Below are positions 11,053 to 22,315 of a stretch of DNA of 64,000 nucleotides, one piece after another. The notes below the pieces were generated by a model, which saw only the letters and a program-made list of their open reading frames with translations, was not told the origin of the DNA and did not search any database. This DNA comes from Schizochytrium sp. TIO01 (Eukaryota > Protista > Bigyra: Labyrinthulomycetes): the NCBI GenBank assembly GCA_004764695.1, contig SMSO01000036.1:1364001-1428000 (forward strand). The letters are read 5' to 3'. Position 1 is the stretch's first letter; every line of letters begins with the position of its first letter. A program made the translations under genes and the position numbers.

Positions 11053-13018
11053 TGCACCTGTAGATAATGTGTGGAGGTCACGAACGATCGTGGCTGCTGG
11101 AGCACGCAGGAATCGATGATACGCTCGCTCACATCCATGCACGCAAGGCCTCCGTCCGTTTGGGAATACCATCGTGCCTTTTGGCTCTTGCGGGTGGCTG
11201 CGGCAGAGGCGATCGAGCTTGGTGATTTGAGATGGCAGCTTTCCGCAAATTGATTGAGTTGGCCGACAATCAATCAAAACTCGCGAGTTAGTTTCTTCGA
11301 CTGTGTGCGGGTTTACGCAGATGGTAAGGAGCTCCTAGGCAGTCTTAGGCAACGCTGTCCTCTGGAAGGAACTCAGTGACTCAGGTGTTGCATAGACGTC
11401 TTCAGCTCGTGTTTTGAAATGTATGGTTTAGGCCTTAAACGAGCGAAACCTTTTTTAAAAGATGCTTTTCCATCTTTAAAATTTAAGACTGAGGCAAATA
11501 CCCACGACGCTTATGCTTTGGGCTGTAAACGTGCTGCAATGGTAACTTCAAAAAGAAGCAATAAAGAAATTTAAAGCAATTTAAACCATTACCGTAGTTC
11601 GGAATAAAAGTTGAAACTGACTTGGATCATACTCTTCATTTCATCGCAGCCCTCGACTTGATATGATAACCTTCAATATCGAACTGGCATAAGGGGCGTT
11701 TTTCTTCTCAGCCGTTGTCTCGTGAAGCGCAGGGCGCCACAACTAAGACAACAAAGAAAAGTTTTGAAGGAAAAGATTCTGCCTTAAAGCTTGAGTCGAA
11801 GAGGAGCTTTGTGAAATGCTCTCTAGAGAAGAGGTTCGACTGAGATTGAGCGAGCAACGCCGCCGCTTCTTTTCAGCTTCCCCGCTTGCGCTGCGCAGCA
11901 ATCGAGCCGTGTGCAGATATTGGGGTACTGGTTCAGGCTTTTCATACCTTTTGGACTTTTTAGTTCATTACTAGTAGTTTTTTGTTTTTTTGTTTTTTGT
12001 TTTTTTAATTTAAAATATTTTTTTTAAAAAAATATTATTAACTATTTTTTAAACATTAGAAATATATATTTAAAAAATGTTTTCAGTTAGTTAGCACAAA
12101 ACAAGGAACACAACACCAAAACAGTTTCGAGGTTTAAACTGTTTACTCATTTATAAAATACTTCTTTATAGTTACTTTTATGTTACAAGGTTTTGTTCTG
12201 TCACGTTTACCTCATTCCATATTTGATTCCTTCAAGAAGTTGAAATTGCATAAAAATTCACAATTGCTGACTTGAACGATATGTTCTTCTCCGACTAAAT
12301 ATTGAATAGCTGAATAGTACCTACCAGGCAAGTAGACATCGCCTTACTCCAAAGTTTTCAACTTGTCGAAGGGACTCCCCAGCGAGTCTGCGCCGTCTTA
12401 TTCAACCCCCCCTCCACTTCCACGAACCATGGCGATACCCAGCCATCACGACCATCCCAGCAGAGCCAAAAGCGATCACGAGAATCAATCCAAAATGGCG
12501 GAAACCTTCGAAATGGCACCAATCACGGCTCGCTCTTCGCTGGCTTCTCGTGCGCACAGTCTCGGGACGGGCAGGAGCTGTCTCTAGGCGAACAATGACG
12601 CTTCGGCAGTCCAAGGACTCCTAGTCGTACATAGGTAGTGCGTACCTATGTAGTATCAGATCAGCGCTCTCTGTATACACATACATACAGAAAGCTGGGC
12701 AGCGAATTCCCACCTTTCAAAGCTCTCTTCTTCGATATGGCACGATCTGAGTCAGGACTCGACACTTGGCATCTTGAAGACAATCAATTTGCAATGGGTG
12801 GCCACGAAGACCCAAGCGAGCGAGCGAGCGAAAGCAAGCAAGCAAGCAAGTAAAAATGGAGGTTCGGGGCGTGATATCGATCGTGCCAAGGCAGCCACGC
12901 GCAGGAAGGAGGTACAGTCCACCACCACGGGATCGGGGACCTTTTTCGACGACGACAGCACAGAAAAGGGTGCATGGCATTCTCGCTTATGCAAGGTGCT
13001 TGTTGCAGCGCATGCCTT

Positions 13019-13135
13019 GATTATGACTATGATTATGATTATGATTATGATTATGATTATGATTTTGTTTGTTTGTTTGTTTGTTTGTTTGTTTGTTTGT
13101 TTGTTTGTTTGTTTGTTTGTTTGTTTGTTTGTTTG
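13019..13135. repeat. (GATTAT)n followed directly by (GTTT)n microsatellite
   Basis: Hexamer tract about 13019-13064, then a pure GTTT tract to about 13135. Confidence 0.95.
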
Positions 13136-14399
13136 CCGCGATTCGACGAAAAGAATGAGAATTAGAAACGGCGGAGTTGTTTTCAAAATCCAGAGAGCGC
13201 CCGCCATCTATCGTTCTGGTGCTTATAACTTGAATAAATTACCATGCGCTTGAATCAGTGAAAGCGCTGCTATCGACCTGTCGGTCCATTGGTTTGGGCT
13301 GCCTTGAGTTGAATGGAAATGTGCGCCTATCACTTGGGCTGCGCCATGCCATGAGGGTCCTGGCTTTGCGCAAGGCAAGCAAGTCCTCGTGAGCGCTGTT
13401 ATCGACCTCGAGCAGCGTCGATTTCCAAGTTCATAACTGACAGCCGCAAAGGCACTCGATTTCAAACTCCGTCGCGGCGGGCCAGCGTGCGGGTTCCCTC
13501 GTCAGCACGCGTCTATTGATTCTGCGCCGGACTTCTCTACGCCGACGGCGAAGCCGGCCTTCGTCTATACTCCCACCGTAGCCCCTATGAGCTTCTACCG
13601 ACCCCTGATAATAGATGAGGGCTCGGTGTTATATCTGAACATATTGAGGGGTATATCGCAAGCTAGAAACTGCGAAAACGCGTTCCGCCGGGGTTCAAAG
13701 TAGGACCATGGGCCTATTGATTTCCGATTTGGACCCCAGTGGAGACAGTCTGAGGTTTCTCCCGAAAGGGAGTTCACCTCACACTCAACCACACTTAGGT
13801 TTGTCGGGGGTATACCAAAACGTGAACTCATTTTTGGTACATTGAGGGGGGGCGGGCAGAGGCAGTGAAGCGCAGACCTAGTACACTGGTGCAAACTTGC
13901 CCACAGCTGGGTGTTGGAGCCTTTTCTGCCTCGTGGCGACTCGGCGCCTGCCCCCGTGAAGACCGTTCTCGCTGGCTTCTCCGGCACTTTGAAGGAAACG
14001 AAATCAAAGCTGTCATCCGCAGCGAAGAAGATGGATCAGCGCCTGAAACGAAATCGCGAGGCCGACCCTTCGCGGGAATGAGAAGCACCCTCAGCGCCGC
14101 AGGCTAACCAACCGGCTTGAAGCACCGCCCGCCCGAGCAAGGTCGCGAAGGCTTCCTGGAACGGGGCAACCAACACGGAGGAGGACCCATTCCTGATGGC
14201 CAATATCGAAGAAGCAAGCGTGCATGCCATGCCATGCCTCGGCGTGCTCTCTTCTCTTTTCGTTCAGGAGGTTCAAAAGAGGCCTGAGACGTGCAGACCG
14301 AAGTCCTTCCAGCAGCTTCGAAATCTTGAACGCGTCAAAGGACCGCGCACAGCGAAGAGTTCACGAATTCGTCTTCGCTCTGTGCCTGTGCGAATGTAC

Positions 14400-14486
14400 A
14401 TTTATTTATCCATTCACCCATTCATCATTCGCTCAATCACTCATTTATTCACTCATGCACTCACTCACTCACTCATTCACTCACTC
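14400..14486. repeat. Degenerate (CATT/CACT)n microsatellite
   Basis: cattcacccattcatcatt...cactcactcactcactcattcactcactc. Confidence 0.85.
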
Positions 14487-17400
14487 GAAAGCCTGTGGGT
14501 CCGTGGCAGAGCAGGATCGCCAATGGCCTGGCGGCAGGATTGCACCACTCTTGCGTTGAAACCCTCTTCCGTGTATCGAAGATTACCGAACATGTTCATG
14601 ACCATGGTCATGCTCATCACCATCATCAGTATCGCCATGATCACATCATCCATCATCCACAAGGCGAGCTGAGCGTGGCGACCTGCAGCATCTTCAAGAG
14701 CGGCCATCGCAGAGATGTGATGTGCCGGTACCCGCGTCTGCCGCAGCTCCCGACTTGGCCCCGCTGATAGCGAAGTGCCTCGGGATACCCGGGGTTTCAA
14801 AGGCGAAGGCGAACCGTGGGAATGTGTACGCGCAGGGGGTGAGTTAATTAATTACAGGCGCCATCTTCGAGCGCAAAGGCATTCATCCATCCATTCACCC
14901 ATTCGTTCATTGATACTGCAGTGTACAATATATGCGTTACGCTTCGGTGTATCTATCTATCTATCTAAGTATCTAACTATCTCACTTGCCTACTTGCTTG
15001 CTTGCTTGGAGGAGCGGAGGAACGGCCGGAGGGAGGAAGGTCTCGGGCCACCTCGGGCCTGGTGAGGCAGAAGGTCAACGCGTCTGTCTGCATCCTGGTG
15101 GTTTTGGTGAAGGAGCATCGCAGACAACGAACGGGATATGGTTATTGGGGAGGCGGAGGCGAAGACCTTGACGATGACGCCCGCGAGGGCCAGGGGGGCA
15201 CAGAAGCAAGTTTCTGAAGACAAGTGGAAAGGTCGATCTTTCCCTCGTAGAGCGCACCTACCGGTACGGGTAGGAGTCGGCAAAGTTCCTTTTGGCCTTT
15301 GAAATTGCAGACCCCGTGAGTGCGCCATTAGAAGGTACTAGTAGTAACTATAGCTAGCTAGCGTAGCATCTGGTTTTGAAATTCTGAGTTTTAGTTTGTG
15401 ATTTTTGGTTTTGACTTTTGGTTCAAGTTTCGACATAAAATAAAGCTTTCAAAACTAATGCCCAAGTAAGTAAGTATATATGTATGAGTGTATGAACGTA
15501 TGTATGTATACATGCATGCATGCATACAATGCAAGGGTAAAAGAGAGGGAGAAACCGGGTGTCGTTTGGCTTTTTGAATGAGCTGATTTATTGTCGAACA
15601 AGTAACTAACTAGCTAAATAGATAATTGAAAATAAGTATAATAAAAGTTAAATACTTTTTGGTTTTAATATAAAAATGATTAAATTAAAAATGAAAGGGG
15701 CAGAAAAGGGAGTTCTGAGTTTTTCCCTCTCTACTATCTTCCTCTTCTTTGCTCCTTCTCCGCCGCTTCTTCTTTTCCTCAAGGCAGACTGCTACTGTGA
15801 GGGTAGGTAAGTGGTAGCCAGAATCAGGGCATTGGGTATTGAGAGTTAGCACTAAAAGTTCGTGTTTGCTTGAAGTTTGGGGAACACATGCCGAATAGAT
15901 GGTGTGGATACTCTGCCTTTTGGACCACATGGGCGTCTCTGATTTGTGCCTGAAAGGGTTCGATTCCTCTCGTGTTCCAGCTCCTCAACGCAGAGACTTC
16001 GCTGCTTCGCAGAGTATTTCAACCGGAATTTCGCCTGTTTTGGAGCTTGACTTGACTTGGCTTCTTTTTTATTCTTTTTTATTCTTTTTTCTTTCTTCTT
16101 TTTTTTGAATGTTGTTTCTGTTGTTTTTCAAAGCAGACACTCATTTTACTTACCTAAGATTATCATGGTTATTTTCTGTATTTACTTGTAGACTATATAT
16201 TTTGAAATGAAAACATTCATTTCGTTTTCTTTCACCTCTTTTCTTTCACTTGAGAGGGTTTGAAATCCCCGCAAACCCGGAACCACCTTGCGCATCGACG
16301 ATTCGATTCGCGCGAAGACGGCGAGACGCCACGCGGAAGGACCTACACGCTGCCGTGGAGCAACCTCCACTCTCATTTAGATAACCGGAATTCAATTTTG
16401 CCACGCCCATTAACCCGGTATCTTCTGAGCTGCAGCTGGAATTGAGGTTGGCCAGCCAGCTTAGAAAGAACTCTTCGCTTCTAGCTCTAGAGATACACAA
16501 GCTTGGTTGACGTCGAGTGGTGTACGGCACGGCGTTGTGCCGCTTACTTGCGGAGGCTTAACGAACAAAGACTTCTGCACAACTAGATCATTCTTTGGCG
16601 GTGTCTCGAGTATTTGAACTCCATAGCCACTTTGTGTACGCTTTTCAAATCAGGAGCCAAACATTTACCTCTGCTGATTAGATTGTTATTATTCTGTATC
16701 TACATCCGGCGCAAAAGCAGCGAAAGCGACGAATTGTGCTTTTTCCTGTCCTTTTCCAAAGAGCTCTCCATCTGCTTTCGCCCTTGCCAGTTCGAATTGC
16801 TTCCATTTACGGAGCACCCGTACATCTTAGAGAGACACGCTTCTTTTCGATATTCTGCGACATTTAGACTGCCTTTGTTGCTCTTGTAATTTTTTAAATA
16901 TTAAAATTAGCAACATAAACTGCAAGAGCTTTGGCTTATTACCACCTTAGCACAAGCCGTCAAGCTCAGTCTAGCAAGGCGACCCGCAGCTGCCTTTCAG
17001 CCCACCTTCTGCCAGCTTCGTACATCTCCCTCCCCTTGTTTCAATCTGTTTGCTCTCCTCGTTCCTGACGCTTTGGCGCGCCGCTTCAGCTGCTGCTGCT
17101 GAGACTCCGACTCCATCTTTCCTTCGGCAAACTCGCCTCCCCCCCCAAAAAAGACAAAAAGAGAAGAAACAACAGCAAATAACAAACATACACTAATAAA
17201 GCAGGAGAAACAAACAAACAACTAAACAACCAAAACCAAACAACCAAAACTAAAGACGGCGCCGACGGCAAGCAAGAGAGCAAATCTCTCGGCAGCCAAC
17301 AAACAACAAACTTTGGCTTTCGCTAGGATTGTGCTACGGTGAACACAGCCGCTCGCTCCGCGAGCAAGATCTTTCGCGCACCTCGGACTGTTTCTCGCTT

Positions 17401-17724
17401 CAAGCAGGCTCTTCCTCCACCTTTTTCTTTTTCTTCTTCTGATCTGTGTATTTGCCATAGCGGCAGGCAGCGTTTACTCGAGGATTTCTTAGACGCTGGC
17501 GTGTGTGCAGGTGATCAAGTACACCCACGCAACACTGCCTGCCATATAGGTCTGGGCGGAGTCCCTTCAAGAGCACTCAAGAGATTTGTTATCGTAAGCC
17601 AGCCAAGTCTAAAGCTCCTTCCTTGGCGCACAATTGCGCCAGCTCCGGATCTGTATCAAGACAAACTCGACGACAAAGGAGAGCGAGGGGTTAAGGACTA
17701 GCTGACTAGCGTAGCTTAAACAAA

Positions 17725-19050
17725 ATGGCTGCGGAAGGAGATGATGCCATACGGTCAGGGACAAAACGACCTTATGGCGATGAAGATAGCCTCAGCGATC
17801 ATGGCAGTGAAACCTCGCGGACGCGGAAATCATCGAAACGTGATGACGACGAGATCATCAAAGGAGCGTGGAGCCCTGAGGAAGATGATGTCATGAAGAG
17901 AGCTGTGGCAAAGTTTGGCATGGACTGGAAAGCAGTTGCCACAATGGTGAAAGGGCGGACCTCGAAACAGTGCCGTGATCGTTACAAACTGAAATTAGAC
18001 CCCAACATCAACCATGGCCCATGGACACCAGAAGAGGATAAAAAACTTACCGAGTTACACGGCCAACTTGGACGCCAATGGACTAAAATTGCTAAGCTTA
18101 TGGAGGGGCGTACTGAAAACTCTGTCAAGTCAAGGTTCGCAAGTCTTGATCGATCTCGTAAACGTGAGTGGACTGACGAAGAAGACCTTATTTTGCGCAA
18201 CTGTCGAGCTCGCAACTTGGATTATGATGAGATTGCCTCACAATACCTCCCTAAACGCTCAGAACATGCTATCAAAAAGCGCTGGGAGCGCCTTTTCATG
18301 CGTGATCTTGCCAAAAAGATTCGCAACGAGCTTCCTGGTAATGCTGGTCAAGAGATAGGTCCAGACTCCATGCAGTCTCAACTTGGCCAAGGCCATGGGT
18401 TTGGATCAACGAGCCAACCTTCAACTCAAACTACTGCAGCAGCAGCTGCTGCGGCTCTCGCTTCTCGCCCTGGAGGCCATTCACTTGGCCTCTTGAACGA
18501 CTCATCCGCTTCTTCATCTTCTTTTGCACACTCAAACATGCAGCCGCAGCGACAGCACCAGCAGTCAGCAATATATTCTGCCCCCCCTAGCTCGATTCGT
18601 GAATACCAAGGTGGATCACATGACCCCCACAACCTTTTATCTCATCACCACCAACAGTCGCAACCTCCTCAGGGATCTATGAATACAGCATATCCTCCAG
18701 TGACATCGTCCAATGTCTCAATGCCTGCCCCTGTGCCGCGTAGTATGGAGCATCACGAAATCAGTGAGGTTCTTGATACTTTGCTCGTGCAAGGCCAAGA
18801 TGCTGACATTCCCAAATTGCGGAAACGGATTACAGCTGAATCCATTGGACCTTCTAGTGCTCGTTCTGAGCATCCTTTTCAATTTCTTTCGGCCAACCCT
18901 CCTCCCCTTTCAGCTTCTGCTGATATCCATTCGGCTCCGTATGACGGGTCTGGACCTAGTCGAAGAGTATCTCATCGAAGTGGTAACCTAAAACGGCAAA
19001 CCACATCAGTTACAATCCTTCGCCAAATGCTTGGTGACCCTTTGCCTTAA
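17725..19050 (+). CDS. Myb-family transcription factor with three Myb repeats
   Basis: Repeats KGAWSPEED...GRTSKQCRDRY, HGPWTPEED...GRTENSVKSRF and KREWTDEED...KRSEHAIKKRW, followed by a Q/S/H/P-rich low-complexity tail. Start context 'acaaaATGG'. Confidence 0.95.
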   Translation: MAAEGDDAIRSGTKRPYGDEDSLSDHGSETSRTRKSSKRDDDEIIKGAWSPEEDDVMKRAVAKFGMDWKAVATMVKGRTSKQCRDRYKLKLDPNINHGPWTPEEDKKLTELHGQLGRQWTKIAKLMEGRTENSVKSRFASLDRSRKREWTDEEDLILRNCRARNLDYDEIASQYLPKRSEHAIKKRWERLFMRDLAKKIRNELPGNAGQEIGPDSMQSQLGQGHGFGSTSQPSTQTTAAAAAAALASRPGGHSLGLLNDSSASSSSFAHSNMQPQRQHQQSAIYSAPPSSIREYQGGSHDPHNLLSHHHQQSQPPQGSMNTAYPPVTSSNVSMPAPVPRSMEHHEISEVLDTLLVQGQDADIPKLRKRITAESIGPSSARSEHPFQFLSANPPPLSASADIHSAPYDGSGPSRRVSHRSGNLKRQTTSVTILRQMLGDPLP

Positions 19051-19630
19051 GAGACAATGTTGTCCTCTTAATGGTTTCGTGATGGGTTCTACCATCGCAT
19101 TGTTGCTTGCTTTGCTGTGCTTGCTTTGCTGTGCTTTGCTTGCTTGCTGGGGAGTCAGAAGGATCTCTTGTTTTTACTTTCCTTCATCTCTCTTGGCATT
19201 CTTCTTTTCTCACTTTTTTAAAATAATTCTTTCGCAAAATGGCTAGTTTAGACTTCATGCAGATCTGCGTGTCCAGCCTTAGACTATCTTTTGTACGATG
19301 CATTTGCTTTTTTCACAAAAGATGTATTCCTTTTTTTACTTTGGCTAATATATATTTTTAAAAAAGGTTGTCTTTTTCTTTGAGGATGTCGTTTCGCAAT
19401 GCTTATTTGGTCTCCGCCAAGTCCATCGCTTAGTTGGCTCAAGCATGTTCGCAAAGTTGTCTTCCTTTAGGCTCTTTAAGCGCAGAAATCTCAGTATAGA
19501 TGACCTTCCTCAAAATATCTAGAAAATGACAAAAACGCATTTTTGGTTTTGATGTTAGCCTATATTAAGCTTTATTTAATTATAAAAAAATTAAAATATA
19601 TATATATACATTAAAAAGAGTTACATTGGC

Positions 19631-21280
19631 TTATACTTCTGCTGTTGGAAATTTCTTCATCGCTTCGTGACAGGCTACCGAAGCGTCTGTGAGTTTCTGG
19701 AATACCTCATATTTGGCATCAAAATAAGATTTTAGTTTGTTGTTTGGCTCGTAAATCTTACCAAGAGAGTTTTCGGATAGTACATCGTCAAAGCTGACGC
19801 CAGACGCGACGAGGCCAAGCATGCAGGCACCTAACACTGTGGCTTGTTCGCACCTAGGCAGGGCTACTTTCATCTCTAGCACATCTGCCAGCATCTGGCA
19901 GAACATTTCACTTTTTGCAAGCCCTCCGCAAACAATAACACGAGAGATATTTTGACCACCATCGCGCAGGCGGTTGCAAATCATGCGTGATGAAAAACAC
20001 AAGCTCTGTAAAGCGCACAAATACGATTTGGCCAAGTTCTCCATGTCAGGAGGCTGCAAAGTTAAACCAGAGAGTATTCCTGTTAGATCACCTCTTGCCA
20101 ATGGAGACCGGTTTCCATTGAAATCTGGGGTCATGTGCAAATTGCGAGTCAAGAATGCTACAGGAATGTTATCCTGTGAAGCCAGCTTTTCAAGTCTTGA
20201 CTCCAAAAGTGCATATGCACTCAGACCAACAATCTTAATTTGTTTTTCCAAGTCAGGCCAGCATGGGTGCGATTCGATGACATGCCTCACCAATGCACCA
20301 GCAGCACTTTGTCCAGCCTCATTACAGTGCATATTGGGAACAATGGCATGTAGATATGGACCCCAAATACCTGTAACTTGGACGGGTTTCTCGGCCACAG
20401 TCAGCAAACAGTTCGAAGTTCCAGCAACTACAGCAAGGCGCTCCCGAAGAGGTCGCGACTCAGGCTTTTCATGATCCCAAACACCAATCATTCCTAGAGC
20501 CCCAGAATGAGCATCGATCAGGCTCGTTCCAACAGGGAGACCTTCAGGTAAGCCAAGTTCAAGTGCCCCATTCCGAGAAAGTCCACCTGGAATTGGGGTT
20601 CCTGGTTTTTGAGCTGTTTTCCCCAGTCGAAATGCCTTCTCCTCATCAAGAAGAAATCCTAAGCCAATTTTGTTGAAGAGGTCCTGGTTCCATTCATTGT
20701 TCACAGCATCGTAAACCCATTTGCACACTAGCGAACAATACGAGCGAATTTCTTCATTTCCTGTTGCACGAAATGTTAAGTAGTCTGGCAAATCAAAAAA
20801 GCCACCAGCGCAATCAAATGTACTACGCAGTTGTCTACTTAAGTGTAGCAGTTTGGGAAGCTCCATCTCCGGCGACACAGAGCCACCAACACTTGCTAAC
20901 AAAGGGTGCTCAGTTGCGTTAATTTCATCAGCCTCAGCCTGAGCACGATGGTCGGCCCAGAGAATTACGTTACGATTGGTATCTCCGTGCGCTCCAACCG
21001 GAAGAGGCTTTCCATCTGCATCAACAACAACAAGACTGCATGTTGCACAGAAGCCTATACCTAGAACGGGTTTGTCCTCTGGAGTAAACGGCAAAACTTC
21101 ACGCACTGTTTCACACACAGCAGCCCAAATTTGCTCAGAGCTCTGCTCAAGATGCACGTCACTTGGCCCATAGAAAGTCTCGATTTCTTTTTCAGCAGTG
21201 GCAAGCACGCGCCCGTAGCCTTTTTCAAGCAGCATTGCCCTCACGGAGCCCGTGCCGACATCTACCCCAATGCTCGTCAT
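19631..21280 (-). CDS. FGGY: FGGY-family carbohydrate kinase (D-ribulokinase/pentulose kinase type)
   Basis: IGVDVGTGSVRA, GIGFCATCSLV, NVILWADHRA, VGGSVSPEMELPKL, CSLVCKW, SLIDAHSG, GTSNC, EAGQSAAG, PDFNGNRSP and CGGLAK are hallmark FGGY pentulose-kinase motifs. Confidence 0.95.
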   Translation of the reverse strand: MTSIGVDVGTGSVRAMLLEKGYGRVLATAEKEIETFYGPSDVHLEQSSEQIWAAVCETVREVLPFTPEDKPVLGIGFCATCSLVVVDADGKPLPVGAHGDTNRNVILWADHRAQAEADEINATEHPLLASVGGSVSPEMELPKLLHLSRQLRSTFDCAGGFFDLPDYLTFRATGNEEIRSYCSLVCKWVYDAVNNEWNQDLFNKIGLGFLLDEEKAFRLGKTAQKPGTPIPGGLSRNGALELGLPEGLPVGTSLIDAHSGALGMIGVWDHEKPESRPLRERLAVVAGTSNCLLTVAEKPVQVTGIWGPYLHAIVPNMHCNEAGQSAAGALVRHVIESHPCWPDLEKQIKIVGLSAYALLESRLEKLASQDNIPVAFLTRNLHMTPDFNGNRSPLARGDLTGILSGLTLQPPDMENLAKSYLCALQSLCFSSRMICNRLRDGGQNISRVIVCGGLAKSEMFCQMLADVLEMKVALPRCEQATVLGACMLGLVASGVSFDDVLSENSLGKIYEPNNKLKSYFDAKYEVFQKLTDASVACHEAMKKFPTAEV

Positions 21281-22315
21281 GTCCTCGAGTGAAGAAGCTA
21301 TATGTTAGAACTCTAGCAGCTTTAAATTTACCAAAGCAAGTCGGACCCTCCGTGTCTCTCACAGGCACAATCTGATCTTTGGTAGGTCCCTTGTCCTCGC
21401 ACAAGACTGAGTTCTGGCCAACTTGATTACAGATCTGAAATCGAGATACTTTTTGGATTTTCATTTAGTAGGGTATTGTATTTCTTCTTTTTTTCTTATC
21501 TTCTAGTAAAATGTTTTTAATCTAATTTTTCTTTCAATGTACCATAATATACTAATTTGCTTACCATTAGCATAGTTCCTTTTGCCCAGTCCAATCTTTG
21601 TGAACGGTGCGATTTCTGCATCACTGGCGACGTCCTCAAGCAATCAGGAGACCCCCCCACGGTCTTTTACGTCTATACTTTTGAGTAGAATGATTTTGAC
21701 TTGCATAGTCTCTTCTTCGTGGAGTGGTTATTTAGAAGCGGTCATTCATTTCTGTCTTTAGAGAATATTTTATGGTATATCGAGACCAGAAAACACCATG
21801 ACGGTTCTCCAACTCAGAATCGCTACAACTTTCAAGTTATAACCTACTTGGATACTGTTTCTCCAAGGTGTATTTTTCGCAACCTAGAGGCGCCATACAG
21901 GTAAAAGCAAGTGGAGGAGCAACGGGTTCAAGTCTCCAAGCACGTCTGATCTTAGCACCAAGAAATGGCATATAGAGTTCGTTGTTCTGATCAATGAATT
22001 CCGTCCTTAAGTGGTGTTGTCGGGATATATCCAGAAGTTCAAAAAGCTTCCTAACAGGACCATCGTATCTGTTGCATTAGGAAAACAAACAGAAGAGAGG
22101 AAGAACGATGATGAACTCAGATATATATGCGTATATTCTGACAACAACTTTGGTTTTTCGTAATCAGACGAGATTTGACGTTGATTATTTATTTATATAT
22201 CAATCAAAAATCAATTAACTACAAAAAAGAATAGTCTTATTTTAAAATAAAAATTAAAAATTGCAGCAAGTCTTTCGAAGGGATATCGAAAGCCCAGACG
22301 AAGTTGCTCTTGGCT

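Noticed and set aside
12752-13253. ORFs with poly-Ile, TNKQ, FVCL or DY repeats
   Set aside because: Translations of (GATTAT)n and (GTTT)n microsatellites.
14495-14767. His-rich peptide EHVHDHGHAHHHHQYRHDH resembling a metal-binding linker
   Set aside because: Derived from a degenerate CAT-type repeat, GTG start, no flanking domain.
15900-15980. GGTTCGATTCC T-loop-like motif suggesting a tRNA
   Set aside because: T-stem is imperfect and I could not build acceptor, D or anticodon stems. The same applies to GGTTCAAGTC near 21925.
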